Positions 60,357-64,000 of a DNA stretch of 64,000 nucleotides are shown here, piece by piece. The DNA lies in UHGV virus genome UHGV-0039337. One strand, 5' to 3'. Each line of letters opens with the position of its first letter. Positions within the stretch are counted from its first letter, which is position 1. Origin of the DNA: a virus. A program made the translations under genes and the position numbers. The notes under the pieces were generated by a model that was given only the letters and a program-made list of their open reading frames with translations, searched no databases and was not told the DNA's origin.

Positions 60357-60755
60357 CTATAATATCGTATAATCTTCTTCAGACATTATATATTGTCTTT
60401 TTTCTGTATTCATTACTTTGCTATTCATACACATAGAAACTATTTTATTAGCTTCTTCTGCGTCTTCAATTGTTATTTTAATTAGTGTTCTATGTTCTGG
60501 ATTCATAGTTGAATCCCATAAACCTTCTGCTGATAATTCACCTAATCCTTTTAAATAAGTTATATTTAATTTTTTATTAGGATATTGTTGTTTAATAGAA
60601 TTTAATTCAGCATCATCTATAGCATATAACGTAGTATTTTTATCTACTATAATCTTATATAATGGTGGGCATGATAAATATAAATAACCTTCTTCTATTA
60701 TAGGTCTAAAATATCTATAAAATAATGTTATATACAAAGTAGCTATATGATAACC
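60357..60755 (-). CDS. Type II topoisomerase subunit B (GyrB/ParE-like), exon 3 (C-terminal)
   Basis: Begins GYHIATLYITLFYRYF and carries GYLYLSCPPLYKI (the GyrB PPLYK motif). Confidence 0.7.
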   Translation of the reverse strand, partial: GYHIATLYITLFYRYFRPIIEEGYLYLSCPPLYKIIVDKNTTLYAIDDAELNSIKQQYPNKKLNITYLKGLGELSAEGLWDSTMNPEHRTLIKITIEDAEEANKIVSMCMNSKVMNTEKRQYIMSEEDYTIL

Positions 60756-62013
60756 CGATTACACCCTCGGTTTCCCGATATTTATCAGGGGTCTAGACTA
60801 TACCTTCGCCATTTCAGGCGCACTGAACGTAGTCGTTGGACTCCTCCTGTTCGGAGTCGGCTGCTGATTTTCCATTAATTCACCCTTAGCACGTATTTAA
60901 TAATACGCTTTTGTCTCAGCTTAGGTAATCCTCAATACTTTTTTCTGCTTTCGCAACATTCATATAAGTTTGTTTCATCTTATATTGTAGTGATTAAGGC
61001 TTTAGGAATTCCCAGCAAGCGGTCAGTGTAATAATCCTATAGGTTATTATTCCCTATAAGACGACTATATTTATAAATTAATTATATTTTAAATAGAGAT
61101 TTAAATAACGTTCAAATTTGCGTTCCATATATATAGTACAATCTAAATATAACCAACTCATTATTTGATATACTTGATTATCACCACATAATCTTAAACT
61201 TTGAACGTTTCCGTCTCCGTTTTTATGTCTTTTTTGTAATTTTACATTCTCTTTATTTAAAATTGTTTTAAGCGTTTCTAAAAATTCTGTAGTACCTAAT
61301 ATACTAATATCATAAGTATGATATTTTTTATCTCCTGATATTGACAGAGATCCATCTCCATCAAAATATCCTCTAATAAAATGTCTTTGTAATTCTTTTG
61401 GTACTATATCCTCTGAAGGAAATAAACAATGATTGGTTTTATCAAGGCTAAAACCTTTATTAACTAAATCTTGATACATCTTTTTGCTAGTTATAACCAT
61501 TTTTGACTCTCTTGTAATACAATCAAAACTTTTATTGTAATGTTCATAATCTCTTATTGGATACGTAGAGTCTATATCTTTTTTAAATTTTTCTATCATA
61601 TTACGATCTTTTGTGGCTAACGTTAATCCTATTTCATTCCCTCTATTTGTTATATATCCATCAGCCATTAAAAAACCCAACCAATAAGCTTTATGTTCTG
61701 TATCAATAACTTCAAAGTAATTATCATTTACTTTATTTCTTCTTAAATCATCAGGACTTTTCTTTTGATATAGTCCTGCTTTAATTAAAACTGGATAAAT
61801 AGTTTGAGGTTTTCTATCTTTTAACGATTCTTTATTCTCACAAATCCATTTTACGCTATGTCCCTCTTTATATTTATTGCATATCCATTTTTTATCTTCT
61901 TCAGAAAATGATTTTCTTATTCTTTTTGTCAATATATTCACCCCAATATTTAGTTTCTTTATCTAAATATTACGGTGAACGTAGACGCTTATAATAATTA
62001 TTTATAAATCTTA
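60756..62013 (-). mobile_element. Group I intron (1258 nt) in gyrB-like, with a LAGLIDADG homing endonuclease
   Basis: Splits DADVD | GYHIATL (GyrB Toprim DADVDG.HI.tLLLTFF). Exon ends in U and the intron ends in G. The core has R (GUCCAACGACUAC) and S (AGGUAUAGUCUAGACC) elements. Confidence 0.7.
61078..61941 (-). CDS. Intron-encoded double-motif LAGLIDADG homing endonuclease
   Basis: KAYWLGFLMADGYI and RHFIRGYFDGDGSL. Confidence 0.7.
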   Translation of the reverse strand: MNILTKRIRKSFSEEDKKWICNKYKEGHSVKWICENKESLKDRKPQTIYPVLIKAGLYQKKSPDDLRRNKVNDNYFEVIDTEHKAYWLGFLMADGYITNRGNEIGLTLATKDRNMIEKFKKDIDSTYPIRDYEHYNKSFDCITRESKMVITSKKMYQDLVNKGFSLDKTNHCLFPSEDIVPKELQRHFIRGYFDGDGSLSISGDKKYHTYDISILGTTEFLETLKTILNKENVKLQKRHKNGDGNVQSLRLCGDNQVYQIMSWLYLDCTIYMERKFERYLNLYLKYN

Positions 62014-63202
62014 ATCAACATCGGCATCGCTCATTATTATTATCTTATGATATCGTAAGTTATCTATATTAAAATCTTCACCTATACCACACTCTAAACT
62101 ATATAATATATCTTTTAATTTATCAGATGATAATACTTTATCTAAAGTCATTTCTTCTACATTTGGTATTTTCCCGAATACAGGTAATATTGCTTGAGTA
62201 TTCTTGTCACATGCGGTAGTTGCTGTAGAAGCTGCACTATCACCTTCAACTAAAAATATTTCGCAAGCTTCAGGATCTTTACTAGCACATTTTACTAATT
62301 TTTCAACTTTTTTATTAGCGAAATTTTTATTCTTTCTTGCAGCTTCTTTTGCTTTATAGGCGGCTTCTCTGATCTTGTTTGATTCAATAACTTTATTAAG
62401 TATATTATCTTTATCATTCGGTAGTTTATCAAATTGATCTTCACAAAACTCCTTTACTTCACTATACAATATGCTTGCTATTACAGGCATATTTAAATAA
62501 TCTTTTCCTTGTCCTATATAGTTAGGATCTGGTACCTTGACACTAACTACTGCTATTATACCTTCACGTGTGTCTTCTGCTGTTAATTGTGTTTTAGATT
62601 TAGGATATTCATTTTCAAAGCAATCTTTAACAGCTGTAGCTATACCACGTTTAAATCCTGTTATATTAGAAGATTTACCATCGGTATTTATAACATTATT
62701 AGTAAACGCTATTATATTATCACTATAAGCCTGAGTCCAAGCAAAAGCTACAGATATTTCACACGATTTATCATTATCCATTTCAACTGATTTAGTTAAG
62801 AACCAAGGATCATGAATACTTTCTTTGTTAGCTGTAAGTTCTTCAACATATGCTTTAACACCCTCTGGATAATTATAGATTTCATGTATGTTATAGTCCC
62901 CATATTCTATATCTACTTTAATAGTAAGTTCAGGATTAAGATAGCATATTTGTTTCATTCTGCTATTAATAGCTGGTATATTAAAATCATCTTTATCAGC
63001 CCATATTTCAGGATCTGGTTCACATTGTATAAGAGTCATAGTAAAGTCTTCACGTGATATTTCTTCTACTTCGTGTAATTTATGAGTCACTAATCCTTGT
63101 TCAAATTCCATATCATATACTTTACCACCAGTATATATTTCAACATGGAACCATTTAGATAAGAAGTTTATACATGATGCTCCTACGCCATTTACAATAG
63201 TT
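62014..63202 (-). CDS. GyrB/ParE-like subunit B, exon 2 (transducer and Toprim)
   Basis: The in-frame extension upstream of the called Met gives TIVNGVGASCINFLSKWFHVEIYTGGKVYD (GyrB HGVGvSvVNALS region). Further on are FLVEGDSAAST and IMSDADVD (Toprim). Confidence 0.65.
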
Positions 63203-63868
63203 CACATAGGTTCGCTATTCCTATGCCGCACTATTACGTGCAGCCTCTAGTTTTCACTAGGGATCGGACTATATCATCACCCTTTAATAAGGGGTTCTCC
63301 ATTTCCATTTAATAGGTAATTAAGAGCCTTATTACGGCTCACCTAACCGCTTGGCTGTACTCTACTCACTTCTGTTACTATCAGAATCGCTTTCGATAGT
63401 CTCTGAACTTTCATTTATTCCATTTAAATAACCAAATTCTTGTTCTTTTTCTCTTCTAAAATCAATACACATCTGTTTAGCTTGTTCATAACCATATTTT
63501 TTACACGATCTTGATATTCTACATTTTTTATGTTCATTATCTTTTATTTCTGCAATCCAAGAATCTCTACTTTTATCATATCTTACACCTTTTATTCCGC
63601 TTGTGTTACATTCTCTTAATGATGTATTTTTTAAATTTTCGTGTCTTGTTGTTATTCTTAAATTGTTTTTACGATTATCCAGACCGTTATGATTTAAATG
63701 ATCTACAACAATGTCGTAACCTTCTACGTCTAATATTAATCTGTGCAAATATATTGGTTATATAAAATAAATGTTTAGCTGCTGATTGCCATATGCTTAT
63801 GCACTTAGGTTTCCAGCAATTAAAAGAATTTTTCGATACACATTACTGCGTAAAGGGACTAAATAGTT
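63203..63868 (-). mobile_element. Group I intron (about 666 nt) in the gyrB-like ATPase-domain region, with an HNH-AP2 homing endonuclease
   Basis: The core has R (GUUCAGAGACUAUCG) and S (GAUAUAGUCCGAUCC) elements. It separates ...FEEGVKSAGL from (T)IVNGVGAS. The exact junction is ambiguous because AACUAUU occurs at both boundaries. Confidence 0.55.
63362..63748 (-). CDS. Intron-encoded HNH endonuclease with an AP2-like DNA-binding domain
   Basis: VDHLNHNGLDNRKNNLRITTRHEN is the HNH motif, and GIKGVRYDKSRDSWIAEI is AP2-like. Confidence 0.6.
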   Translation of the reverse strand: MHRLILDVEGYDIVVDHLNHNGLDNRKNNLRITTRHENLKNTSLRECNTSGIKGVRYDKSRDSWIAEIKDNEHKKCRISRSCKKYGYEQAKQMCIDFRREKEQEFGYLNGINESSETIESDSDSNRSE

Positions 63869-64000
63869 AATCCAGCTGATTTAACACCTTCTTCAAATTT
63901 AGTACCAGCTTTTAATCTAGACATACATAATTCAGCTATGGTACATCCTGGTATTTCATCTGATTCTTCTGTAGGTAACGCACCTGCGCTATCTGTTACT
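63869..64000 (-). CDS. GyrB/ParE-like subunit B, exon 1 (partial, continues beyond the window)
   Basis: The reading frame gives ...EIPGCTIAELCMSRLKAGTKFEEGVKSAGL, matching the GyrB GHKL ATPase region (S.aEvimt.LHAGGKFd...YKvSGGLHGVG). Confidence 0.5.

Noticed and set aside
1-64000. CRISPR arrays, rRNA, tRNA, integrase or attachment sites, or transposons
   Set aside because: No regularly spaced direct repeats, no rRNA or tRNA consensus and no recombinase genes were seen. The only mobile elements supported are the intron and homing-endonuclease units.

Overview
This is a very AT-rich (about 27-30% GC) window of a tailed-phage genome, probably a large Firmicutes or Clostridia-type phage, though the host cannot be told from the sequence. 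Positions 137-8509 are a plus-strand module ending at a bidirectional terminator (8541-8564). It encodes a hypothetical protein, a Cas4/RecB-like nuclease, a DUF1064 protein, a sigma-like factor, a RecJ-like DHH exonuclease and a DnaE-type polymerase. Everything from 8582 to the window end is on the minus strand. It starts with a giant 2613-aa multi-hydrolase virion protein, followed by an SNF2-like helicase and a methyltransferase-like protein. A second DnaE-type polymerase is interrupted by a +1 frame discontinuity at CCC-TGA-C. After that comes a long DNA-replication and nucleotide-metabolism cluster (dUTPase, HU, DnaG primase, SF2 and UvrD-like helicases, AAA+ ATPase, NrdG-like activase, Rad52-like annealing protein, guanylate-kinase-like protein, ThyX, ribonucleotide reductase, ATP-dependent ligase, RecA-like recombinase, GyrA and GyrB). 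The most striking feature is six group I-type introns, each carrying a homing endonuclease gene (HNH, HNH-AP2 or LAGLIDADG). They split dut, the UvrD-like helicase, the AAA+ ATPase, the ribonucleotide reductase and gyrB (twice). Each was recognised from a split conserved motif, a U at the 5' splice site, a G at the 3' splice site, and a GC-rich structured core standing out against the AT-rich coding sequence. Four of the cores carry canonical group I R/S (P7) elements. No tRNA, rRNA or CRISPR was found. Coordinates of splice junctions are read by hand and may be off by 1-3 nt.
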